NCBI RefSeq assembly: GCF_004010195.1
Contig: NC_057746.1
Coordinates: 5,729,925 to 5,793,924, forward strand
Source of the DNA: Chiloscyllium plagiosum
Lineage: Eukaryota
DNA length: 64,000 nucleotides
Direction of reading: 5' to 3'
Position numbers and translations under genes: made by a program. The notes under the pieces are model-generated. The model ran no database searches and was not told the origin of the DNA. It saw only the letters and a list, made by a program, of their open reading frames with translations. The number at the start of each line of letters is the position of its first letter. The first letter of the stretch is position 1. Positions 35,101 through 48,119 of the stretch are shown here, in pieces.

Positions 35101-36725
35101 CAGTATTCACATTGGAAAAGGAAAATGTTAGTGAGAATACGGAGATACAGGCTACCGGATTAGATGAGATTGAGGTTGTCAAAGAGGAGGTTTTAGCAAT
35201 TTTGGAAAATCTGAAAATAGATAAGATCCATGGGCTGAATGGGATTTATCCTCTGATCCTCTGGGAAGCCTGGGAGGAGATTGCAGAGCCTTTGTCTTTG
35301 ATTTTTATGTCATCATTGTCACCATGAGTCGTGCCAGAAGACTGGAGGATGGCAAATGTTGTTCCCTTGGTTTAAGAAGGGGATTTGGGACAACCCTGGT
35401 AATTATAGACCAGTGAGCCTTACTTCGGCTGTGGGTAACGTGTTGACAAAGGTTATAGAGATAGGATTTATATTCATCTGGAAAGGAATAATTTGATTAG
35501 GGATAGTCAACACTATTTTGTGAAGGGTAGGTCATGCCTTACTAACCTTATTGAGTTCTTTGAGAAGGTCAGAGAACAGGTGGATGAAGGTAAAGCAGTT
35601 GATGTGGTGAATGTGGACTTCAGTAAGGCATTTGATAAGGTTCCACATGATAGGCTATTGCACAAAATACAGAGTTTCAGGATTGAAGGTGATTTAGCAG
35701 TTTGGATCAGAAATTGGCTAGTTGAAAGAAGACAGCAGGTGGTGGTTGATGGGAAATGTTCATCTTGAAACTCAGCTACCAGTGGTGTGCTGCAAGGATC
35801 TGTTTTGGGGCCATTACTGCTTGTCATTTTCATAAATGATCTGGATGTGGGCGTAGTAAATTTGCAGATGACACTAAGTTAGGCAGAGTTGTGGACTGTG
35901 CCGAAGAATGTGGGTTACAGAGGGACATCGATAAGATGCAGAGCTAGGCTGAGAAGTGGCAAATGGAGTTTAATGCGGAAAAGTGTGAGGTAGCTCACTT
36001 CGGAAGAAGTAACAGGAATGCAGAGTACTGGGCTAATGGTAAAATTCTTGGCAGTGTAGATGAACAGAGAGATCTCGGTGTCCAGGTGCATATATGCCTG
36101 AAAGTTGCCACCCAACTTGATCGGGTTATTAAGAAGGCATAAGGTGTGTTGGCGCTTATTGGTAGTGGGATTGAGTTTTGGAGCTACAAGTCATGCTTCA
36201 GCTGTACAGGTCACTGGTAAGGCCGTACCTGGAGTATTGCGTGCAGTTCTGGTCACCGCATTATCAGAAGAATGTGGAAGCTTTGGAAAGGGCTCAAAGG
36301 AGATTTACTAGGACATTGCCTGGTATGGAAGAAAGGCCTTACAACAAAAGGCTGAGGGAACTGACGCTGTTTTGTTGGAGAGAAGAAGATTGAGAGGTGA
36401 CTTAATTGAGATGTATAATATAATCAGAGGGTTAGATAGGATGGACAACGAGAGCCTTTTTCCTCGGATGGTGAAGTCTAACGCAAGGGGACATAGCTTT
36501 AAATTGAGGGCTGATAGATTTAGGACAGATATTAGGGGTAGTTTCTTCACTCAAAGAGGAGTAGAAATGTGGAACGGCCTGTCTGTAACAGTAGTAGACT
36601 CACTGACATTAAAGACATTTAAATGGGCATTGATATACACATGGATAATAATGGAATGGTGTGGGTTAAATGGACATCAGATTATGTTCACAGGCTGGTG
36701 CAACATTGAGGGTTCTATGTTCTAT
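32170..36725 (+). mobile_element. Long CR1 LINE (ORF1 esterase end, APE endonuclease, RT, 3' tail) split by an insertion at 33606-35050
   Basis: DGLHLNQRGTNILG, VVMGDFNFPNID..EHFGDSDYN, DFSKAFDKVPH, LEYCVQFWSP; multiple stops and frameshifts. Confidence 0.92.
33606..34042 (-). mobile_element. Well preserved CR1 LINE 3' end with (TTCTATG)n tail
   Basis: FTRMLPGME..LFSLER..RGDLIEVYKMIRG; tail reads agaacatagaacatagaac on the plus strand. Confidence 0.92.
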
Positions 36726-36769
36726 GACCGACTTTCAACAACCACAAGTATCTCCTTTTGTGTCAGATA

Positions 36770-37060
36770 TAAGTCCAAGCAACAGTGAGTTTCCCCCTGA
36801 TTCCACTGACTCAAGTTCTGCAAGAGCTGTTGGTGCCACGTCTGGTCAAATCTGGCTTTGATGTTAAGGACAGTCACTGTTGCCTCACTTCTGGAATTCA
36901 GCTTATTTGTCCATGTTTGAACCAAGGCATTAATGAAGTCAGGATCTAAGTGGTCTGGCGGAACACAAACTGAGTATTGCTGAGCAGGTGCTGACTGAAG
37001 GCACTGTTGCTGACACCTTCCATTGCTTTACTGATGATCAAGACTAGACTGATCTGGTAG
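36770..37060 (-). mobile_element. CR1-clade LINE fragment
   Basis: VQTWTNKLNSRSEATVTVLNIKARFDQTWH matches about 27190-27290. Confidence 0.75.
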
Positions 37061-39249
37061 TCATATAATTATGACTATATCAGACAATTTTCACTCTTTC
37101 TTGTGTTTGTGATACAACTGCAATAAACCATCATCTTTAGGCCTGCGGTTTTCCTGCAGTAAATGTTGGCCACTGGATGTACACTAGAGTCATGAATATG
37201 ACTAACTGTTGGTGACTGAACACCTGAAAGCTCTGCGGTAATTTGAACATGCACTGATATCAGAAACTTACCACTCTCAGTTTTCCCCATCTGGGAGTGT
37301 GGTCATTTGTGATTCCTGCCGGATTTCTGGTTGATATTTCATAAACCAGTGACAAAAATCACAGACGACTAATTGTCATAATTCACTCGGCACTGATCCT
37401 TGAGTCTCAATACCCCCAGGATCATCACAAAAGTTCAAGATATAATCCTGTTACTGAAAGGCCTAATTTTCCAATTTAATGATTTCAGGTTAACAGACAA
37501 CATTGACAAGGTTCTGTATTTAAGAAGAAACTATTACTCAATACAAATTATTCAGTTCTAACCTCAGATAAACAAAGTACAAATTATCAACTGATAATTT
37601 TCTCTGTTAACTACCAATATTAATCCCACACAAACGTAAACTGACATAGTCAAACAAAAGAACATTGAGCATATGGAGTAATAAAAAATTAAGGGAACAC
37701 ATTTCAACTAATTACCTATCTAGTAGATTTAATTAAGTGTCCTGTCTTTTCCCAAATCCTTATGATTACCAGTCCTCTTCTTTCCAAGACATTTGCTGCA
37801 CATATGGTAGTTAGCACACTTCGTACTTGGTTATAGGAAGCAGTTTACAGGCAAATGATTTATTAGAGTGGTTAGCTATTTTCCATTTTTTTTCCGGGAA
37901 CGACAAGCGAGAGAGAGAGAGAAAAAACAGAGGGCTGCTTTAGAGTCTTTCAGCTCCTGGTTTGTTCACACAAAGACTGTTCACCCACCCAGGTGCTAAC
38001 CAGACAGTTGTTATCATGCTGAGTATTCCTGACCCGTACAACTGGGTCCGAAATTTTTTTTCAATCAAAAGGCTGGGCAGAACTGGCTTGAACGTAAATC
38101 CAGCAGCTTCCCCCATCGCTTGAAGATGCAGTGTAAATACATTGAGTTCTACGAATTTGTCTTAGAACTGCATCATCTCCTTCAAAAGTTTCTAGTTTAA
38201 AGTAGTATTCGTTTCCCATTTTGATGAACTAGAGATAAATAGAATGGAGGAGCTGATACTTAAATAGGAGGGTGTGGGTGGGGGTGGAGATGGGAGGAAG
38301 GTTACTGGGAAGGCAAGAGGTAGATGCAAGAGGAGAGGAGGGTGGTGTGGCTATGTGCTGATCATGTGGACAAAGGCAACAGAAACACTTAAAAAAAAAC
38401 TTTCAGTTATGCCAAAACCGGTGATTGGATTTTGTGACTTGTTTGTAGAGAAATTTCACTAAAATAAACATTACTAAACATCACTTTAAGTACTTTTATT
38501 TAATTTGGCGCATTGTGATCTGATTGATTTCAATGTGTAAATATTACTGGATAATGTCTTCACTCATTTTACAATGTTTATGTTTCAATAATTGGGGATG
38601 GGGTGCTTGTCCAGGGACACAGAATCTGAGGAATTACTTATTTCTCTCTGGCAGCAACTGTAATCCATCTAGAGTTGGACTTATACCGACAACCTTGTTC
38701 TCGGATTCAGGGCATTGTTAGTTTAAGTCCCACTCCAGAACTTGAGCACAAAATTGATGGCTGAAACTACAGAGTAGTACTGAGGGATGAAAGAGAGTAC
38801 AAAGATAGGAAGGGGCAAAGCCATGGAGTAATTTGAAAATAACCACAAAACTCATGAAAACCAACACTGAGCTCCCAGTGGGAAGAGTGGGTTATTCCTT
38901 AAATTTTTATTCCTGATACATTTTTGGAACTATATCTAAGCAATAGAATTTTCCTGAGTGACTGAATGAAAGCGCAACAGTCCATCAGCAGTAATAATTG
39001 AAAATGATCTCTTAAAATGTCCATTCTAGCTGACCACGGGGACGTTACTCCCTTTCACAGCTTCAGGAACCCAGATACAAAGACAACACTGACACCTACA
39101 GCTCCAACTAGCTACCACTTTAAATCGAATCAAATTTTCAGGCTGCCATGGGCTTGGAGCTAACATTATTAGAAATTTAATCTAATAGAACAGAAATATT
39201 AGAAGTTATTTTCAGCCATACCCTCTCAACTAAGTCAGAAGATTGCAAT

Positions 39250-39530
39250 TTCACCCAGAGTCTGAGTACTGTTGCTTGATGTTCCAATGTAGTACTGAGG
39301 CAGTGCTGCACTGTTAAAGAAACAGTTAATGTTAATCCAAAATACTGTCTGCCCTCTCAGGTGAATCTAGAACATCTCTTGAGACTAGATGAACAAGGTA
39401 TATATCCCTGGTATCCTGGCCAGTGTAGATCCCACAGTCACAAAAACAGATGGTCTGGTCAGTATTACATTAGTGTTTGTGGGATTTTGCCATGAGAAAA
39501 CAAGGCTGCCATTATTCTGAAGTAGCAAAC
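39250..39530 (+). mobile_element. Ancient DeuSINE-like (SacSINE1/AmnSINE1-type) relic
   Basis: gtactgaggcagtgctgcactgt..ctgtctgccctctcaggtg..cctggtatcctggcca resembles the Deu domain as I recall it; similar relics near 38720 and 55600-55920. Confidence 0.6.
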
Positions 39531-39877
39531 AGTGGCTAAATTTTACAAAACACATGATTGTCTAGATGATGCTTTTGGACAGCTTGAGTTTGTGAAACAT
39601 TTGTACAGGACATACATGGGTAATTCTCAGGTAGATGCCAGTGTTGTCACTTGGTTAGAAGTATGGCTAGTTCTGGAGTTTGACTTCAATTCTACAGCCA
39701 AGATACAACTTTTGCTGTGGTCTGTGACATTTATTGATATTATTAGGAAAGAACTGAATTAAGTGAAAACTGAAATTAAAGCAAACTATAATATATGAAA
39801 GAGAGTACTTGGTTTTTAACAGCGTTGTTCAGAACTTAGTCAAAGCAACAAAAAAACTGCCTCTATTGTCACGTTTG

Positions 39878-40187
39878 ATTAGATTAGATTAGATTACTTA
39901 CAGTGTGGAAACAGGCCCTTCAGCCCAACAAGTCCACACTGCCCCGCCGAAGCGCAACCCACCCATACCCCTACATTTACCCCTTACCTAACACTACGGG
40001 CAATTTAGCATGGCCAATTCACCTGACCTGCACATCTTTGGACTGTGGGAGGAAACCGGAGCACCCGGAGGAAACCCATGCAGACACGGGGAGAACGTGC
40101 AAACTCCACACAGTCAGTCACCTGAGGCGGGAATTGAACCCAGATCTCTGGCGCTGTGAGGCAGCAGTGCCAACCACCGTGCCACCG
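39878..40187 (-). mobile_element. HE1/V-SINE, young copy
   Basis: Near-identical to 49538-49826 and 54363-54711; (TAATC)n tail. Confidence 0.93.
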
Positions 40188-41904
40188 TTTGCTTCAGGTT
40201 TAAATTTTTTTATGGGCTTGAGCTTGACAACTAGTCTTCACAACCACCTGAATTTGTTAAGAATGAAATGACGTTGAACTTTCTTTTAAAGGCATTCCTT
40301 ATCAGTCTTATGTCTTATGATAACTACTTGTTTCCTGGTGCCTTCCTGGCTCTACAGCTTTCAGGCTACAGTTTTTGGAATAGCTGGTGACAAGTTTGCT
40401 GTCGGGAAGGGGCTCATTGCTCAGATCTCTCGTTTCTAGACAAAAAGATTTGTCATTAATTCTGACTGTCCTCCTGAAAAGCAACTGGAAGATTTCTTAA
40501 TACTATGTTTCCACAGCATGTTGCATCTGCCAAGATCCCAGGGATAACTGCCTATATTTTGTGACACCTATACATACATCAGATTATTAGTCATTTGAAC
40601 ATCGCTAATCTTATATTTGCCCAAAAATGTTTATTTTCACATCGTGAATCATGGTAGAGAAAAATTTGCTTTTTCCACTTACGTAGTGTTTGTGCATGTA
40701 TTTGTTTTGGGTTATCTTGAGAGGTAAGTTTTTTTTGTTTCATGTTACAAACTGTGTGTGTGTGTTAATTAGTTTTGCATCATCAATGAATAAGTTCTAT
40801 TTCATAATAAATCAATAATTTTGTCCTCATTACTGAAACCTGGTCAACAGTTTTTTTTATTGTAAGTCTAATATACAGAATAGATACAACTAAACATATC
40901 AGGTAGCGGGAAAGGCAATTACATTGATGTTGTGGCTGTGCAGCAACGGGACTAGAGAGTGAAAGTGCACTCTTCCCATCTTGGACAGAATAGTAACATC
41001 CTGGACAAGTATTTTGGAGAACATAGTAGTTTGAGAAATGTGAGCATTTCAACCAGTAACTGTTTGATAGAGATAAAGCAATGATGCAGTCTAACCACCA
41101 TGCTCTCTCAAACAGTTAATGCTTGAAATACTCACCATCAAAGATAATATCCAAGCTCCACTTCTAAAACTATGTATAAAGTTGTCCAGCTTATGTTAAC
41201 ACTTTGGATTTGTTTTCACGACATAGGGAGTTACTCTAATTCCTGTTTCATTTACGTTTCATCATTGTAAAAACCAAAATTTTAATAACAAAAAAGATTG
41301 CTGACATAATCATTTAAATGGAATAACAAATCATCTGCTGAAAACTTCTCCAGAGTCAACATCAGCCAGATAATTAACGCCCAGACAACTCCTGATGGGT
41401 CTGGAAGATTAACCGTTGTGTTTTAATCTGCTACAGGAACAACTGTCTCAAAGAAAATCCCTCACACAATACAATGCAAGTCACATCCATACCATAAAAT
41501 TTATTAATAACCTTGCAATAATTTTTGCAAAGGCCCATAAACAGTCAGCCTTTGTCTCAATGATAATTGCTTCTCTTTCACCACATAGTTTCCATAGTTC
41601 TGAACACTTTTTAACTGTGTAATTCTGAAATAACAGACAGATCAGGGGTCAGTGCTGCTCCATTGCACATCTACTGATAAAATCTACACTTTTAACTCCA
41701 CGTGACAATGGAGAAACCTTTGGCTTGTAAAATGCACCACTAACCTCTACTTGTGCACTCTTTAAGTAAACCTGCTTTCATCAAGTCAGTGAAACACAAA
41801 TCACATTTCAGCAAAGGTTCCCCAAAAGCCTTTCAAAGGGCCTTTTAAAAATAAACTGTTGACAACTCTTCAACCAATCAACCCACCATGATAAAAATTG
41901 TAAA

Positions 41905-42410
41905 TAGAGTCAAAGAGATATACAGCACAGAAACAGACCCTTCAATCGAACTTGTCCATGCTGACCAGATATCCCAACCCAATTTAGACCCACCTGCCAG
42001 CACCTGGCCCATATCCCTCCAAACCCTTCATATTCATATACCCATCCAGTTGTCTTTTAAATGTTGCAGTTGTACCAGCCTCCACCATTTCCTCTGGCAG
42101 TGAAAAGGTTGCCCGTTAGGTCTCTTTTAAATCTTTCCCCTCTCACCCTAAACCTATGCCCTCTAGTTTTGGACTCCCCCTGTCCAGGGAAAAGACTTTG
42201 TCAATTTATTCTATCCAGACCCTTCATGATTTTATAAACCTCGATAAGGTCACCCTTCAGCCTCCAACGCTCCAGGGAAAACAGCCACAGACTATTCAAC
42301 CTTTCCCTATAGCTCAAATCCTCCAATCCTGGCAACATCCTTGTAAATCTTTTCTGAACCCTTTCAAGTTTCACAGCATCCTTCCAATAGGAAGGAGACC
42401 AGAATTGCAC
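41905..42410 (-). mobile_element. CR1 LINE 3' end
   Basis: QFWSPSYWKDAVKLERVQKRFTRMLPG. Confidence 0.9.
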
Positions 42411-43974
42411 TTCTTAGTTTTATTTTGTATTTAAATGGATACTTTTTCACTGTTTATTAAGGATGACATACACTTTACTTGGAAATTGAAATTTAAAAAT
42501 GAACGTTTAGATTTTTAGTTCTTTCTCAACTAAAAAGAAAAGTGGAACTGTGTAGTCACTTGTGATTACACAAGAGTAGATACATTTCCTGGAAGCTGAT
42601 TCTAATTCTTTTTGTGAGATACATCAACACCAGATGTCCTTCCATTAAAAAGTAAATTACCCAGCAACACGTTTTGAATGGTTGATGAGGGGCAGTTTGT
42701 TACTGAACTGGGAGGAGAAAAGTCAGTTGGGACTCAGACCTTCAAGCCTGTGAGCAAGTGAAGTAACATTCAAAGAACTTGCAAAAAAATTCTAACTGAA
42801 GCCAAGATCAAGAAATAACTGAGCGGCTACTGAATTGAGGGACTTTTGCAGTCAGAATACCAACAAACTGTGACAAAGTCATCTCATTTCACCTTTAGGA
42901 GGGTAGATAAAGTTTGCATATTAGTTATTAACAATCTGTTTTTGCTACATGTTAGTACATAAGGTTGTTATAGGGAATACATTTTTTCCTTCAGAATGTG
43001 GCCACATTCAGGCAAGAACCATCCCAGAGATTCAATTGGTCGTTTCTGACACATGAGAACTCATGGGATGGTTGTTTTCCGTGCACTATTCTCACCAGGG
43101 TCATTTCTACATTTCCATGTATTTTTGTGGTGTGAAGAATTCCTGAATGTAAAAAAAAGTGCGTGAAATAAACCGTACTTCAGATTTAACTTTACCAATG
43201 TTGCTGTATTCCTTACAAAGTCAGAGTGCACAAAACGAGGAACTGGAGGAAATGGGCTCCCACAATTAACAAAATGGGATGAGTAAAACCACATTCAATT
43301 TCAGACAAGTGAGCAGTATAAGTAAAATTATTTGTTTTAAAACTCACAAAATATAACAATTGATTTCATAACCCTTCAGCATTGGTATTGTCATTCACAC
43401 GTTGTTTTTATGGGAGTGTACGCTGCTTTTTGTTCTGTATACCAATCCCACTGAACATTCTTCACATTGAACTTATTTCAAATTTTACACTTGAAGTAAT
43501 CCTCTGCAGGGGCCTTCTTTGGTGATCAGGTCAAAGGTTAAATTGAACTTCTTGAATGGACAGATGATGGAGAGGTTTGAGACAGACAGTGCTTTGGAAC
43601 AACAGCTCTCCTGTGTGAGGACTGGAGAGTAAACCACACAGTCAACTTTCAGTGCAACTCAAGCAGCTGACTCCGCTCCAAGTCTGTGTGGAGACATAAA
43701 TGTCTGGTGAGAGAGGAGAAAGTGGTGATACAATCCTGACACATGACGCACTGGGAGGTATACCATGTTGCTTCACTGATGTCCCAGGAAATCCAAAGAT
43801 CCAGGAGATCTGACAATTGTGTGGAGACTTTATTACAGAACATACTTTGACCAGGTTACCTCCCTATGAGTGTGTTGATGGACCAGGAGATACACAGACT
43901 ATACAAAGACAGTCACAAACATTGGACTCAATAATTTCTCCGAAGTTTGAATCCTGTGGACTCCCAGATATTTG

Positions 43975-44294
43975 AAGACATCACGAAAGGTTCATCACAA
44001 ATACATTACTCCCCTGTGTGGACCCTCTGATAAAGCAAGAAGCTCCAATAATTTGAGAATTTAACCTCCGTGTGAATGCTTTGATGGCTGTGAAGAGTTG
44101 ATAAATTCAAAAATGATTTGATACACATATCATACATGAATGATCTTCCCTATGTGAATAAATTGATGTCTGTATAGACTCAATGACTTCAAGAATGAGT
44201 TGTGACACAACTAATAAATGAATAGTTTCTCTTAAGTATGAATTCTCTGATGGAGCAACAGTCTCCAAGAGTTAGGGAATGATTTGTCATGCAA
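43975..44294 (-). pseudogene. Decayed C2H2 fingers downstream of the stop codon of ZNF gene A
   Basis: 84-bp periodicity continues (catgacaaatcattccct..catcagagaattcatact; catcaagcattcacacggag; cagagggtccacacagggga) with stops. Confidence 0.75.
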
Positions 44295-45749
44295 CTAACA
44301 CTTCAACAAGTTCTCTCCTGTGTGTACTCGTTGGTGTGTGCGAAGGTTCCCTGACTGTGTGAACGATTTGTCACACACCTCACACCTGAATGGTTTTTCT
44401 CCTGTGTGAACCCTCTGATGGATCAGGAGTCTTTGTGAAGTGGGGAATGATTTGTCACACACCTCACACTTAAACAACTTCTCTCCTGTGTGAATACGTT
44501 GGTGTGTACGGAGGTATCCTGCCTGTGTGAATGATTTGTCACACACCTCACACTGGAAAGGTTTCTCTCCTGTGTGGACGCGTTCATGAATGCGGAGGTT
44601 TGATGATGATGAGAATGATTTGTCACACACTTCACATCGGAACGGTTTTTCTCCAGTATGAATCCTCTGATGGAACAGGAGTCCTGATGACGTGGGGAAT
44701 GATTTGTCACACACCTCACACTTAAACAATTTCTCTCCTGTGTGAATACGTTGGTGTATGTGCAGGTATCCTGCCTGTGTGAATGATTTGTCACACACCT
44801 CACAATGGAAGGGTTTCTCTCCTGTGTGCACACGTTGGTGTGTACGGAGGAATACTGCTCGCGCAAATGATTTGTCACACACTTCACACTTAAAGGGTTT
44901 CTCTCCTGTGTGCATACGTCGGTGTATGCGGAGGGATCCTGACCAGGAGAAAGATTTGTCACACAGTTCACAGCTGAATGGTTTCTCCCCTGTGTGTACA
45001 CGCTGGTGTAGGGTCAGGGATCCTGAATGTGAGAAAGACTTGTCACATACTTCACAGTTGAATGGTTTCTCCCCTGTGTGAACACGTCGATGTAATTGGA
45101 GATTTCCTGACTGTGAGAATGACTTGTCACATAGGTCACATTTGAATGGTTTCTCCCCAGTGTGAATCCTCTGATGGAATAGGAGTCTTAATGAAGTGGG
45201 GAATGACTTGTCACAAACGTCACATTTAAACAATTTATCTCCTGCATGAATACGTCTGTGTATGCGGAGGTATCCTGCCTGTGAGAAGGATTTGTCACAC
45301 ACTTCACAATAGAAAGGTTTCTCTCCTGTATGGACACGTTGGTGTGTATGCAGGTATCCTGACTGCGAGAATGATTTGTCACACACCATGCATCGAAATG
45401 GTTTCTCTCCTGTGTGGATGCGTTGATGTACTCGTAGGTATCCTGACTGTGAGAAGGATTTGTCGCACACTTCACAATGAAAGGGTTTCACTCCCGTGTG
45501 GACACATTGGTGTATGCGAAGGTATCGTAACTGTGAGAATGATTTGTCACACACTTTACACTGGAATGGTTTCTCCCCCGTGTGGACACGTTGGTGGTCA
45601 AGGAGTTTTGATGACTGGGAGAATGATTTACCACACTGACTGCATACGAATGGCTTCTCCCCTGTATGAATGTGTTGGTGCATGAGGAGGGTTGATGACG
45701 ATGAGAATGATTTGTCACACACATCGCATGTGAATGCTCTTTTTCCCAT
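44295..45749 (-). CDS. C2H2 zinc-finger protein A, 17 tandem fingers, no effector domain seen
   Basis: 484-aa ORF of CxxCxKxF..L..HxxxH repeats with TGEKPF-type linkers; likely terminal-exon acceptor (ttttgcag) at 46323. Confidence 0.93.
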   Translation of the reverse strand: MGKRAFTCDVCDKSFSSSSTLLMHQHIHTGEKPFVCSQCGKSFSQSSKLLDHQRVHTGEKPFQCKVCDKSFSQLRYLRIHQCVHTGVKPFHCEVCDKSFSQSGYLRVHQRIHTGEKPFRCMVCDKSFSQSGYLHTHQRVHTGEKPFYCEVCDKSFSQAGYLRIHRRIHAGDKLFKCDVCDKSFPTSLRLLFHQRIHTGEKPFKCDLCDKSFSQSGNLQLHRRVHTGEKPFNCEVCDKSFSHSGSLTLHQRVHTGEKPFSCELCDKSFSWSGSLRIHRRMHTGEKPFKCEVCDKSFARAVFLRTHQRVHTGEKPFHCEVCDKSFTQAGYLHIHQRIHTGEKLFKCEVCDKSFPTSSGLLFHQRIHTGEKPFRCEVCDKSFSSSSNLRIHERVHTGEKPFQCEVCDKSFTQAGYLRTHQRIHTGEKLFKCEVCDKSFPTSQRLLIHQRVHTGEKPFRCEVCDKSFTQSGNLRTHQRVHTGENLLKC

Positions 45750-46456
45750 GAGAATGTGTTGGTTATTTATCAGATATGATGACCTTCAGAAATCAAGTTT
45801 ATACACTACAAATTTGAACCATTTCTCCCAAGAATGAATGTATCAATGATTCATGAACGTAGGTGACTTTACAAAAACTCACGCACTGTTGAACGGTTTC
45901 TCTATCATCTAACTCATTTTGTTTTAACAGATTTTCAACAGGTGCACCTTGTTGACAGCTTACTTGCTTACACACATGAACTGCCTCTCACCTGTAGGAA
46001 AGAATCAGTGATTCATGAAGCTCAATGAATGATTGAAGTGTGAAGTCTTCCCACACTTGGAGTCACTCATACTTCTTCCCAGCTCAATCTGACTGATCAC
46101 TCATTGGCAAACTTTGGTTTTGATGGAAGGCTCAGTACTGATCACTTTCAGATCTGTTGCTATGTCAACTCTCCTGAGCAAGAACAATTCACTGAGCAAG
46201 CGTCCGTGTTCAGCAGTGCTGTGAAGGGACGAGATGTCTTCCCACAGTTGTGCAGTTCTTCTTTGGGTGATGGCCAGGGTCTATCCTCTTTGTATTCTCT
46301 GCTGTCATACAGTGAAATCCTTCTGCAAAACAGGAAATGGAAACATGATTTCCTCGAATTCCCCCTCCTCAATAAACTGGTTGAATTCTTTGTCATTTCA
46401 TCTTCGCATTTTCAAATTAGGGCTGTCGCTGACTCAATAGCATTTGTTGTCATTCC

Positions 46457-46752
46457 GTGGGCAGCACAGTGGCCCAGTGGTTAGTACTGTTGCCTCAATT
46501 CCCGCCTCAGGCGACTCTCTGTGTGGAGTTTGCACATTCTGCGTGGGTTTCCTCCGGGTGCTCCGGTTTCCTCCCACAATCCAAAACTATGCAGGTTAGG
46601 TGAATTAGCCATGCTAAATTGCCCGTAGTGTAGGGTGAAGGGGTAAATGTAGGGGAATGGGTCTGGGTGGGTTAAGCTTCGGCGGGTCTGTGTGTGGACT
46701 TATTGGGCCGAAGAGCCTGTTTCCACACTGTAAGTAATCTAATCTAATCTAA
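46457..46752 (+). mobile_element. HE1/V-SINE
   Basis: Partly deleted head, V-domain, gtaagtaatctaatctaatctaa tail. Confidence 0.9.
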
Positions 46753-47226
46753 TGTCCCTTCAGAATGTGATGCTGACCCATTTGAACTATGAAAGTCCCC
46801 GAGGTGGGGCAGAAGAATTACACCCAGAATGCAGCTAGGAATGAAATTCCAGGGGCTTTCCCCAGAGACAATGAACAGTGGAAAGGTTAATAACCAGCTT
46901 CCAAATTACACAAAAACCAACAATATGAAATCAGGAAGAATGCTCAAACACTTTGCAACTCCCAGATAGTTACACCTCACCCTCTCATATTCAGAAATGA
47001 GCCATCAACAAAACTCAGCCTGGAAATCAGAGAGAAATGCTTCCAATAAACACACTCAATATCCAACACACAGCTCCAGTCACACAGTTCAGCACAAAGC
47101 ACCGAGTAAACAGCTCTCTCAGCTGGATCTTCTCACACAGCATAAGGGACAGGATAGTCAGACTGCCTGAAGATTGGTGTGGATATTATGGGATACAATT
47201 TGTATAAAAGCTGCTCCTTCACTCAC

Positions 47227-47443
47227 CATCTCCTCACTTGGTTTTCAGTCCCTATAGGAAGTGAACCAGCTCTGGAAGAGGAAAAGGAGACAATGTTTCT
47301 GGAGCAACATGAGTTTCCAGAAACTTGGGAAACTGACCGGGGAAGTGGAGGTGACTTTGAGCAGCAGATCAGGTGGGGATTTAAACTTGTCACTGTCCCA
47401 TCTGAATAAAACCTCACTTATTGCAGCTGCTGTCTCAGTTCTC
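47227..47443 (-). other. Probable upstream non-coding exon of ZNF gene A
   Basis: tttaccag acceptor and GAGATG|gtgagt donor; paralogues at 19863 and 62617. Confidence 0.5.
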
Positions 47444-47449
47444 CTGGTA

Positions 47450-47700
47450 AATGTTTGACAGAGATTTCTAGTGTGGGAATAGCATTCTTCATCAACGCAT
47501 TCACACAAGGGGAGAAACCTGTTGCATCAGAGAATTCACACGGAGAAACCATTCAGATGTGAGGTGAGTGGTACTCTCATCGATACTCAGGAATTACCAA
47601 ATCACTCACAATGTTTAGCAACCATTCAGGTGTGAGGCACAGAGCAAAGCTTTCACACGGTCACTGGATCTCCTAACATCCCCACACATGGGAAGGAAGA
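47450..47700 (+). pseudogene. Decayed C2H2 finger relic in opposite orientation
   Basis: catcaacgcattcacacaaggggagaaacc, catcagagaattcacacggagaaaccattcagatgtgaggtg (HQRIHT.EKPFRCEV). Confidence 0.75.
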
Positions 47701-48119
47701 ATACTTTGTGAGGGAGAGGGTATGTGTATAGCAGCTAGAGGTTAAGTGGATGTTATTAATCAATTGTTCTTGGAATTGAGAGAGGACATTCGAGGAGAAT
47801 TTAAGGAATAATCCTTTGAACGCGCTACATCATTCAATTTAATCATAGCTGGTCTGTGTTTTAAATCTAACTTTGTGTCTTGACTCCATAACACTTCATC
47901 CCCTTGTCTAATAATGAACAAATCAATCTCAGTTTTAATATTTTCAATTGGCGTCCTGCTTCATGATTTTAATGGGGAGAGAGTTCCAGGTTTCCAGTCC
48001 CCTTTTAGTGAAGATGTGTTTGCAGACATCACCCTTAAACCTCCTCATTATTATCTCACTATCCAAGGTTCCAGACACACCTCCCAGGTGAAACAATGGT
48101 TTTCCTGCACTTCATTCAA

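Noticed and set aside
37440-38240. Possible solo LTR (TG start, GA repeat, promoter-like composition)
   Set aside because: No second LTR, PBS/PPT or TSD could be identified
44423-45724. Long alternative-frame and antisense ORFs over ZNF A (and 59536-60084 over ZNF B)
   Set aside because: Shadow ORFs caused by the repetitive codon structure of C2H2 arrays
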